Source: Pelagomonas calceolata
Lineage: Eukaryota
Assembly: GCA_918797485.1 (NCBI GenBank)
Contig: CAKKNE010000002.1
Location: forward strand, 3,968,001 to 4,032,000
Reading direction: 5' to 3'
DNA length: 64,000 nucleotides
Numbering within the stretch: the first letter of the stretch is position 1; every line of letters starts with the position of its first letter. Positions 9,554 through 18,600 of the stretch are shown here, one piece after another. The position numbers and the translations under genes are program-made. Under the pieces are notes generated by a model. It did no database searches, had not been told where the DNA came from, and saw only the letters and a program-made list of their open reading frames with translations.

Positions 9554-11290
9554 ATGCCAAAACGCAAGAAACGCCGCCAAAATGACAGCTCTCGAGCCAT
9601 GCAGCAGGCATTGGATCACTACGAATGCGCTCTCCGGAACTTGGAAGACGCCGACGAACGCGCGGCGCTCGAGGCCCTGGACTTCGCCGAAGTCTTTCTG
9701 GAACGAGCGCAAGACGACGACGTGCGGCAGGGGCTCGTCGCGGAGGTCTCGCTCGCGCGGGGCGCCCTGCTCGAGGTCGCCGATCCGATGAACGCGCGCC
9801 TCGCGTACGACCGGAGCTTTTCCGCGGACGGCAACGCGGCGGCGGCGCTGCGGGCGGCGCGCCTCGCGTGGCGGTGCGGCGACGACGAGGTCGCCTGCGA
9901 GGCGTTGCTGGAGCGCGCGCGCGCCGCGGCGGCGGGCGACGAGGAGGCCCGCGGCGACGCGGCGGAGCTGCTGGGCCGGTTCCTCGCGGAGCGCGGGCGG
10001 GTCCACGAGGTTCACGAATTGGCGGAGCTCGGCTACGACCGGACCTTTTCCAGGAAGGCGCTGACGAATAACTTAAACGCGAGACCCTGCGACGGCGCGC
10101 CTGCGCGCCTCTTCGACGACGCCCTGCCGGCAAAGGCCCTGGCGGCGCTCCGGCGCGCCCTGCGGCCGGCGGCGTGCTACTGGCGCGAGACGGACTACGG
10201 CTCGCCCGCCGTCGGCTTCTTTAGCTTCACGCATCGAATCGACGCGTTGTCAGATACCGCGCTCGAGGGCGTCCTACAAGGTATTTGGCACGCCGCCGTC
10301 AAAGCCCTGCCGGAGGCGCGGAACGCTACCTACGTCGAATGGTGGGCGCACACGCGGAGGCGCGGCGACGGCCACGCTCTACACTACGACAGCGTCCCAG
10401 GACTTGTAGACGAAGCGCCGCCGCGGCACCCGCTCGCGTCGACCGTCACGTTCCTCGAGGCGTCGGTCGGCGGGCCCACGATCATCTTCGACCAGACCGT
10501 GGCCAACAAAAGGAGCACGCGGGCCTGGGTGGCGGCGGCGCGGCCGAACCGGCTGCTGGTCTTCGACGGAAGCCTCCTGCACGGCGTCTTGCCCGGAGGG
10601 CGCGGGCACGGGCGGCGGACGACCTTCATGGCGAATTTCTGGCGGGACGACCCGCGCGCGGGCGACGCCTCTGACAACGAGGCGACGCGGGGCACCAACA
10701 TCCTGTTTCCGCCGCCGGACTGCGACTGGCCGGCGGACTTTGGCGAGCGCGTTGGGGACGTGGAGATTCGTTGCCAAGGTCAGAACGCGCCGGCCGTGGC
10801 GCTGGAAGACGTCGTGACGCGTCTAGACGGCGGCGCCGTCGCTCCGGGCGACCTGCTCACGGACGGGACCTTCTTCGATTGTCTGGAGACAATCGGCTGC
10901 GAGGCGCGGGCCGGCGGCGCGGACGAGGATGTCGCGGTCGCGCCGGCGCGGCAGGACTACGGGAGGTACGAGATCCGGACCGACGCCGCGGGCCTGGGCT
11001 CTTCCGACGACGACGACGGGGCCGACGAGGACGACGAAATGCCGACGTACGGCTACGGGTGCATCGGCTGCCATCACGCCGCCGACGGGTGCATCGCCTG
11101 CCGCGCCGTCGACGACCGTTGCTTCGGCGATGACTTCGGCCCCACGGCCGACGTCGACTACGCGGACAGCAGCTCCGAGGACGACTTACCGCCGCCGGCC
11201 AAGCGGCTCCGAGGACGGTGGAACCGTTCAATCTACGAGGCCGCTGAACGGGCTCGCGCTAGGCGCAAGGCCCGCCGACGTAGGAACTAA
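9554..11290 (+). CDS. Helical N-terminus plus 2OG-Fe(II) oxygenase-like domain protein
   Basis: EWWAH...LHYD (HxD), HP..STV.FL...GGPT, NRLLVFDG.LLHGV (distal His), RRTTFMANFW. Confidence 0.7.
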   Translation: MPKRKKRRQNDSSRAMQQALDHYECALRNLEDADERAALEALDFAEVFLERAQDDDVRQGLVAEVSLARGALLEVADPMNARLAYDRSFSADGNAAAALRAARLAWRCGDDEVACEALLERARAAAAGDEEARGDAAELLGRFLAERGRVHEVHELAELGYDRTFSRKALTNNLNARPCDGAPARLFDDALPAKALAALRRALRPAACYWRETDYGSPAVGFFSFTHRIDALSDTALEGVLQGIWHAAVKALPEARNATYVEWWAHTRRRGDGHALHYDSVPGLVDEAPPRHPLASTVTFLEASVGGPTIIFDQTVANKRSTRAWVAAARPNRLLVFDGSLLHGVLPGGRGHGRRTTFMANFWRDDPRAGDASDNEATRGTNILFPPPDCDWPADFGERVGDVEIRCQGQNAPAVALEDVVTRLDGGAVAPGDLLTDGTFFDCLETIGCEARAGGADEDVAVAPARQDYGRYEIRTDAAGLGSSDDDDGADEDDEMPTYGYGCIGCHHAADGCIACRAVDDRCFGDDFGPTADVDYADSSSEDDLPPPAKRLRGRWNRSIYEAAERARARRKARRRRN

Positions 11291-11315
11291 TGTGTAGCAA
11301 CAGTGTAAAACAAGC

Positions 11316-13268
11316 TTAGCGGCCCTTCTCGAACGCGAGCAGCGCGAAGCGGTCGACCTTGAGGTCGTCCGCCGGCGCGGCGAGCTCGTGGCGGTTCGCG
11401 AGGCGGCAGACGCCGCCGCTCGTCGTGGGCACGTTGCGCGCGCAGTCGGCGCCGTCGTAGCAGCGCTGCCAGCAGCGGCCGTTGACCGGGTCGACCGTCA
11501 CGACGAGGTTCTGGTTCTGGTGCGGCCGGCCGCGGCTTCGACAGAAGACGCCCTGGCCCTTGACGGTGAGGTGGAGGTACCGTTCCGACGGGAATTCCGC
11601 CGCGACGTAGCGCCAGGACATCAGCGTGGGGTCGCCGTTGTCGCGGTGGTCGCGCCGGAGCGCCGCGAGCGCCGCGGTCGCCGCCGCGGCGAACAGCGCC
11701 GGCGGCTGGCCTCGGTCGCCCGCCCGCGCGATGATGAACTTGTGGGGGAGCGCCGTCGCGTCGAGCAGCGGCGTCGCGGTGGCGCCGTCCCACGAATCCT
11801 CCCAGGAGCCCGCGGGCGCGGGCGCCGCGGGTGCCGCGGCCTCCTCGGCGGCGCCCGGAGACGGCGGCGGCGGCGGCGGCTCGACGGGCGCGTCGATCTC
11901 GAGGCAGTCAATTTCTCCTGGTTGTAGTTCTGGTACGACCAGCGTCTCGCGGAGCGGCGACCGCGTAAACGCGACGGGCCGGGAGCCGGGGGACACCCGT
12001 TGCTCCGTCACGGCGAACGCAGCTTCGGCCTCGTCGCCGTGCTTCGTCGACCCCCAGACGCGGAAGCAGCGGTCGCGCGTGTAGACGCCGGTGTCGACGA
12101 AGCTCGTCGTCGTCCGCGCGTCGCCGCTCTGCACGGTCAGCGCGTCGCCGAGCGCCTTGATCACGACGTCCGCGAGATGACCGGCGTGCGGCGAGCCGGC
12201 GAGCGGCGCCGGCCGCCGCGTGCCGTCCGTCCAGTGCGGCCGGAGGACGACGTGGCGCGAGAACTTGGTCGGCCGCGCCGACGCGAGCACAATCACCTCG
12301 ATCTCCAGCGGTCGGTCGCCGGCGGCGGCCACCAACGCGTCGCACGCCGCGGAAATGACGCGCTCCGTGAGCGCGTCGCCGTCGACGGCCGCGTTGAGGC
12401 CGTCCTTTCGCGTGAACTCGAGGTCGAAGTAGGCCCAGCAGGGCCGCCGCGCGTCGATGACCTCGTAGACGTGCCGGTCTTGCGGAGGCAGGCGCGCATA
12501 GCCCTCGTCGACCTCGGCCGGCGTCGCCACGAACCACCGCTTCGGCGCGCCGCCCGAATCGGGCGGCGGCAGGTCCACCCCCCAGATGCGCCGGCCGTCC
12601 TTGTCTCCCTTGAGTTGCGCCCGCGCCGCGTCGATCGTGTTGTGGATCACGGGCCCGCCGTATGCCACGACGACCGAGGGCAGCGCGCGCTTCCAGAGGG
12701 CCTCGGGGCCCGGCCGCCACGTCACGAAGTTGGGCACGGGCGCGGCCGGCGTCGGTGGCACGGTGGCTGGTCGCGGTGGCGCGGCCGGCGCGGGCGTGGG
12801 CGCGACCGGCGTCGGCGCGGGCGCGGGCGCGGCGGCGGCGGCCTTGGCCTCGGCCTCGGCGCAGATCTCGTCCATGAGTCCCTGTTCCGCATCCGCGAAG
12901 CCGTTGTGCTCCTTGACTTCCTTGAACATGACGGTCTTCGTGTGGTTGCGCGAGCGGGGGTCGATCGCGTCGTACTTCCCGATGGCGCGCCGCGCCGCGC
13001 GGAGCGGCGCGTCGCCGTCGCCGCGGAACCACGCCGTGCCCTTGGGTCTGCCCGCTCCGTAGGGCGGTACGTCGAGTTCGACGGTCACGTCGTCGTGGTT
13101 CGTCCGGTCGCGGAGGTATGCCGCCGCGGCGCCCTCGGCGCGGTCCCGGTTGTCCTTGTACCAGTACGGCTGCACGCCGCCGAGGAAGAGCGGGAACGAG
13201 TGCTTCTTGCGCTTCGGTGCGGACGCGGGCGCGGCGTCCTCGCGCGGGCGCTTTTGTTGTCGGTCCAT
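11316..13268 (-). CDS. PRIMPOL: PrimPol-like archaeo-eukaryotic primase-polymerase
   Basis: YEVI...PCWAYFDLEF (DxE motif I), KFSRHV (SxH motif II), FVDTGVYTRDRCFRVWGSTK (motif III), C-terminal C-H-C-C zinc finger (FCRSRGRPH...QRCYDGADC). Confidence 0.88.
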   Translation of the reverse strand: MDRQQKRPREDAAPASAPKRKKHSFPLFLGGVQPYWYKDNRDRAEGAAAAYLRDRTNHDDVTVELDVPPYGAGRPKGTAWFRGDGDAPLRAARRAIGKYDAIDPRSRNHTKTVMFKEVKEHNGFADAEQGLMDEICAEAEAKAAAAAPAPAPTPVAPTPAPAAPPRPATVPPTPAAPVPNFVTWRPGPEALWKRALPSVVVAYGGPVIHNTIDAARAQLKGDKDGRRIWGVDLPPPDSGGAPKRWFVATPAEVDEGYARLPPQDRHVYEVIDARRPCWAYFDLEFTRKDGLNAAVDGDALTERVISAACDALVAAAGDRPLEIEVIVLASARPTKFSRHVVLRPHWTDGTRRPAPLAGSPHAGHLADVVIKALGDALTVQSGDARTTTSFVDTGVYTRDRCFRVWGSTKHGDEAEAAFAVTEQRVSPGSRPVAFTRSPLRETLVVPELQPGEIDCLEIDAPVEPPPPPPSPGAAEEAAAPAAPAPAGSWEDSWDGATATPLLDATALPHKFIIARAGDRGQPPALFAAAATAALAALRRDHRDNGDPTLMSWRYVAAEFPSERYLHLTVKGQGVFCRSRGRPHQNQNLVVTVDPVNGRCWQRCYDGADCARNVPTTSGGVCRLANRHELAAPADDLKVDRFALLAFEKGR

Positions 13269-13504
13269 GGCGCGACGCAGCAGAGCTCTGGTGCGCGGCG
13301 ACCTTTGCGCGGCGTGAGTGTCAGCAGAACCTCTCGCGCGCGTGAATAGTTGTCAAACGGATCGTTCTCTCTGCGGCGCTCGGCCGCGCTAGGTCGCGCG
13401 CGGCTTGCAGTGCGCAGCGCTGGCTTGCTGGCTGTCGCAGGGCTGCGCGCGTCGGTTCTGTGGTGCGAGGTCCTCGGCTTGAAACAAAAGTGCGCGGCGT
13501 GCAG

Positions 13505-13526
13505 CTAGCGTCGTGTAAGACACTAG
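13505..13526 (+). promoter_or_regulatory. CTAG-box promoter element copy
   Basis: CTAGCG TCGTGTAAGA CACTAG between divergent ATGs 13268 and 13685. Confidence 0.7.
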
Positions 13527-13684
13527 CAAGCTAAAGCAAGACTTTGTTTTGCGCCGTATTTAGCGGCAGCCGTGCTCTCCGGGCGCGGCTGTGGTTCGAT
13601 AAGGTATCAGCCTTGGGGCTGCTGCCTTTTTTTCGGGCGCAAACGACCCGTGCGGCGCGGAGCGCCTAGTTGGGGGAAGCCGCC

Positions 13685-15607
13685 ATGCGACGCGTCGCAG
13701 CGCTGCTCATCCTCCACACCATACAAGCCCTCGAGGAGGGCAAGATCTGCTTCAATGGCTGCTCCGGCCACGGCGCCTGCGCCAATTTTGTGTGTAGTTG
13801 CGAGCCCGGCTGGACGGGCGACGACTGCTCGCACAGTCTTGTAGGGGGCAACGCCACGGTGCAAACGCTGACGGCGGGCCACTTCAACGTCACGGCCAAG
13901 AATTGGACAAAGCTGCTCAAAAAGAAAGATGTCGTTTTTATAGCGTTCGGGAGTAGATCTTGTCTGAGGTGCGTCGGCGCGGAAGGTGCCTACGCCGCCG
14001 CGGCTCCTCTTCTCAAAAAAATGGGCGTGCCCCTCGCGCGCGCCGACGCCGACGAGCCCTTCTTCCGGGAGCTGCTCCAGGACTTGCAGCTAGGAAGTAT
14101 GCCTCAGGTCGTGGCGTATCGGAAATTGTTCGCGATGCCTTATGCTGGTTTGCACGCGCCAAACGAGCTCGTGGCCTTCGCGCAGAAGCTCAAGCAGGCG
14201 GCGGCACCTTCATTGTCATCGTTGAATGCAGCTCTCACCTTCCTCGGCGTCGACTCGGAGCAAGCGAGACGGGCTTTGTATGATGAGACTGGTATAGAAG
14301 AAGAAGTGACGGAGGAGGACACCCTACCTGGAACAGCAGCTAGAGTACTGGGTTTATTTTCCGACATTGATATAGAGGACGAAGAGAGCGCGGAGTTTAT
14401 GGTCGCGGCGAGTGAAAGAAGACAAAGGCACGACGTCTACTTCTCGCGTGTTGATGATCCAGAGATCAGTCAAGCTTTAATAGATGCGGGATTTGCGGAT
14501 CGAACGCCGGCCGTCATCGTAGCGAACGACGGTCGACTTGTTTCCCATGTCTTGGATGATGCGCCAGACATCGGTTTGGGTCCATGGGTCGACGCGGAGA
14601 CCTTACCAGCTGTCGGCGAATTAACCCACCAAAACTTCGCGCGGTATGAAGCTCTGAGTAGGCCCATGCTATTGCTGTTCTTGGACTTGAGGGGCCACGA
14701 CCGGGGGATGGAGTTGAGTGGCCTGTCCGGGGGCGTGCCGAACCGAGACCTCGTGGAAGAATTTAAAGCCGTGCGCCGGGACGAGTCGTTTCGAGATAGA
14801 GTAGCCTTCGCGTATGTTGATGGTGTCGCCCAACAAGATCGCATGAAGGCGCTAGGGCTGTTTGGGGGGGCAAGGCGCTTGCCCGCGGTCGCGGTGAACG
14901 CCAAGGAGGAAGGTGTGATCGCGCCGTACCCCGAGTCCTTGCCGCTAGATAGAGCACATCTCCGCGATTTTCTGGGCGCGTTCCTGGCTCGAAGGCTGCG
15001 GTCCAAAGAAGATTCCGACGCGTTCGCCCTACAAAGGCAAAATGACGTCTTCGACGCGAAGTGGCTGCCCAAACGCAAACCGCGGAAGAAACCAACGGAG
15101 GAGGTCATGGGCCGCTACGAGGTCTTTGGCGAGGATTCGATCCGGGCGCGCGAGGTTGGCAAGATAGATGACGTCTTCGTGCTGAACCGAGATAACTTTG
15201 CCGAAGCGTTAGCGGAGAAAGACGTGCTCATCCTGTTCCACGAGGAGGGCTGCGAGGCTTGTGCGGCTTTAACGGTGTACTACAAGAAGATGGCGGAGCG
15301 GTTTGCGTCCCTGAAGATTCCGTCGCTCGTCATCGCGCGATTTGATGTCACAAAGGAGACGCCACCTTTAGATGGGCTCATCGCCGGGCCCCTGCCCGTG
15401 ATTGTACTGTTACCGGCCCACGACAAGCGGCCGCCCTTCCGCTTCTATTCCGGATTAGGCAAGGTGCAACCGATGATGAAGTGGGTCCAGGCCTCGAGCG
15501 ATATCGCTTTTGATTTGCCGGAGCTGTGCCACTTGGATCCCTCCGAGATCGAGGCCTACAAGCACCAGGTGACGGAGCGGGAGCGGCGGCGGCGGGGGGA
15601 GTTGTAA
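13685..15607 (+). CDS. Secreted/ER protein-disulfide-isomerase-like protein with N-terminal EGF-like domain
   Basis: Signal peptide; CFNGCSGHGAC...CSCEPGWTGDDCS; thioredoxin folds with CLRC and CEAC; C-terminal RGEL. Confidence 0.8.
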   Translation: MRRVAALLILHTIQALEEGKICFNGCSGHGACANFVCSCEPGWTGDDCSHSLVGGNATVQTLTAGHFNVTAKNWTKLLKKKDVVFIAFGSRSCLRCVGAEGAYAAAAPLLKKMGVPLARADADEPFFRELLQDLQLGSMPQVVAYRKLFAMPYAGLHAPNELVAFAQKLKQAAAPSLSSLNAALTFLGVDSEQARRALYDETGIEEEVTEEDTLPGTAARVLGLFSDIDIEDEESAEFMVAASERRQRHDVYFSRVDDPEISQALIDAGFADRTPAVIVANDGRLVSHVLDDAPDIGLGPWVDAETLPAVGELTHQNFARYEALSRPMLLLFLDLRGHDRGMELSGLSGGVPNRDLVEEFKAVRRDESFRDRVAFAYVDGVAQQDRMKALGLFGGARRLPAVAVNAKEEGVIAPYPESLPLDRAHLRDFLGAFLARRLRSKEDSDAFALQRQNDVFDAKWLPKRKPRKKPTEEVMGRYEVFGEDSIRAREVGKIDDVFVLNRDNFAEALAEKDVLILFHEEGCEACAALTVYYKKMAERFASLKIPSLVIARFDVTKETPPLDGLIAGPLPVIVLLPAHDKRPPFRFYSGLGKVQPMMKWVQASSDIAFDLPELCHLDPSEIEAYKHQVTERERRRRGEL

Positions 15608-15673
15608 ATTTTGATCTGTTAGTCCTTTTTTCTAGGCCCCATGAGTACAAAGAAATCACAAGACCCCCAGTCG

Positions 15674-18600
15674 TTAGCTCGCGTACACCCCCTCCCGTCG
15701 ATTCGCGAACGCCTCTTCTTCACCTTCGCGCGGCGTCCGCTCGTCCAGTTCGCGCGTCGTATGAGCGGCTTCCTGGAGAATCGCCAGCAGCTTCTTCTGC
15801 TGCGAGACCAGCAACTCGACGAGCCTCCGCTCCAACTCCTTCATGTCGTCCTCCTTGCGTTCTCTGGCATCATTTAACCGTTGCAACCGAGCGTCCGTCT
15901 CCGACAACGCGTTCCTTTGTTTTTCGACGCCCAACAGGAGCATCTCATGGTCGTCGTCCATGCGCTTCTTCTTCTTCGCGTGGGCAACATTCACACGACC
16001 GTCGGACGAGATCGCCGAGTTCTTGCTATGGGCGTGAATCGCCTGCTCGATGGCTCTTACAGATTCCTGCATCTCATCCACATATTCGAGGATCTTGTCC
16101 CTTTCCGCTTCCAGCTCATCTCTATCCCTCACAATGACCTCCAATTCCATTCCTAACTCGGTAGAACGCCGTTTGTGCGCCACCAGCGTCGCTCGCTCAT
16201 GATTGACAAGCGTGTCGTGCATCCGTCCCCGGAAGGCCTCGCCCTCCTCGATCTGCGCCTCTAATTGTGTTCTAACAAAAGCGGCCTTGCGCTCCGTCCG
16301 GCGCAATTGTAACGTGAGCATGCGCTCGACCTCCTTGGCAGCCCGAGACGCGTTCCTTTCCCGTTGCTCGGCCTTCTTCTCCTGCACGACGGCTTTCGCC
16401 GCCGTCCGCCACTCTCTGAGAGCGTGTTGCCTCCGCTGGAAGGCGACTTCCCCGCGCAGATCCACGACGCGATCGCGCTCGTCGTCCCACTGCCGCGACG
16501 CTTGGGCCAATTGCGCCTCGTAGGCGGCAGACAACGCTTGCGCATCGTCCAACGCCACGACAAGCGGCGGGATGAGCACCTCCTGCGCGTGTTTTTCGGC
16601 CTTCGCGACCGCCTTGCTGACAGCCGCCTTCTTCGACTTGACAGCCTCGAGGTCCTTCATATCCAGCACCTCCAAGTGCAAGCGCGCGCCGTAGCAGGCA
16701 TCAAAGGCCCGCAACGCGTCGGTCTTCTCCGCTTCCCGCTTGATGAGCAGCGACACCTCGTCCCTTAGTCTCTCATCGGCCAACGCCAGAGCCGTTTGAT
16801 GCTGCTTCTGGAGCTTTTCGGAAGTCTCCAATTCACGCTGGTTATGGTCCCGTTCGGACTTGACGGCCTGTCGCAATTTCTCAAGCTCGGCATCGAACCT
16901 TTCCTGCAACTTTTCCTCCTTGACGTCTCTGGCACGTTCTGATCGGCGATGCAGCGCGCCCAGTTGATCGACCTCGAGCTTCAAACGAGCTGAACTACAA
17001 GCAACAATAGCCTGCTCGCTGTCCACGCGCAGAGAACGCTCTTCTCTGCGAGCCTTGGCATCCGTGCGAGCCACAGCTTCCTCCTCCCGCTCTTGGGCCG
17101 CGAGAGCAGCTTTTTCTAACGCGGCCTTCGTCTTGGCCTGCACGTCCTTCAGCGATTGCGCCGCACTGCGCTTCACTTCACTCAAAGCCTTCTCCGCCGT
17201 CGCCTTGAGTTTGTCCGTTTCTTTTCTCGCCAAGGCATCTCTTTCTTCCATCCCGCGCCGCCAAGCAGTGGCCTCCTTCGCCGTGCCTCTCTCCTCAGCA
17301 TTGGCCACGGATTTCCGCCATTTCTCCGCAACTTCCGTCTTGGCGTTGGCGATCGCCGCCCTTGCGCACGCGTCCGCGGCCTTCTCCGCCTCGTTAAATT
17401 TCTCGTCAAAGGCGTACTCCACTCTTGACAATTCCGCTCGCACGGCCAAACAAGCGACGTCCGCCGCCTTGTGCCGATCCGTCGACTTGTGCCAGTCCCG
17501 CGCCCACTTCTTCGTCAGAACGTCCTTCTCTTGGACCGCGTCTCGTACCAGTTGCTTCTCGTGCTTGATTAATTCGAGAGCCGCCGTGCCCGACACTTCG
17601 GCGGCGTGGATGGCGTAGATAGCCGTCTCGAGCTGCTCCTGCTTCTCGAGTAACGCCGACGACGCCTCATCTTTGACACGCTTGAGCTCCAAAGCAGCAC
17701 TCGCGGCGTTCTTCGTCACTTCTCTACGTTCATGTAACGTAGCGTCTCTCCTGATAGCTACGGTTCTTGCTAAACAACAATTCTCCGCGGTGCGAGCCGC
17801 AGCCCCAGCGCAGGCTATGGCCGCGCCGGCCCGGTCGGCCGCCAAGTCGGCCGTCCGTCTATATCCAGCAATGTCGCCCGTCGCCGAATCCAGAGCCTCG
17901 AAGGCGCCGGCGGCCTTCACTGCTTCCCTAACAGCATGTACGGCATACTGGTCACATTTTTCGACTTCTTCTGTTAACCGCTGGACCTCTTCCCTCAGCT
18001 CGGCCGGTGCCCGTTCCAGGTCGAACTTCGTCGCGGAGATCGAGGCCTTGCACCTTGCGGTACGAGCCGCTAATAGAGCCGCCGCATAGTCGTAATTACA
18101 AGCTGAGGCCCGCGACGCCTTCTCGGCGCGCTCCGCGCCTTCGGCCAGAGCTATTTTTGTCGCGTCTTCGGCCTCGCTCAACAAGTGCTTCAATTCCAAA
18201 CGAGCCCGATCAATTTGGGCGGCCTTCTCCTTCTCCTTCGTGATGATATTCTTCAAATTGTCGACTTGGCCCCTGGAAATTTCCCGCGCGGTGTCGCGTT
18301 CCTCGTCGCGCTCCCTCATCTTCTGCTCTACTATCTCAATACCTTCTAACAGCGACACGGCGTTGGAGCAGGCGACGGCCGCGTCGCGTTCCTCCTTCAA
18401 ACGAGCAACTAATGACTCAACAGATTCCTCATGCGCGTCTCGAGACCGCGTAAGGGCCTCGTGGACCGCCTGCGCCACATTAGCGCGGTTCTCCTCCGCC
18501 GCCTTCGTCTTTAGCACGAATATACGCCAGGTCGCAAAGGCCTTACACCCTTCTCGCCGCAGCCAGGGCACCTGGTACTTGTCGCCAAAGAAGCTATCGT

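Noticed and set aside
12770..12860. GC-rich short tandem repeats (also near 22240-22280 and 39610-39640)
   Set aside because: They encode Pro-Ala linkers; ordinary low-complexity coding sequence
11908..13349. Long alternative ORFs (449 aa +, 374 aa -) over PrimPol
   Set aside because: GC-rich shadow frames; the PrimPol frame carries all catalytic motifs
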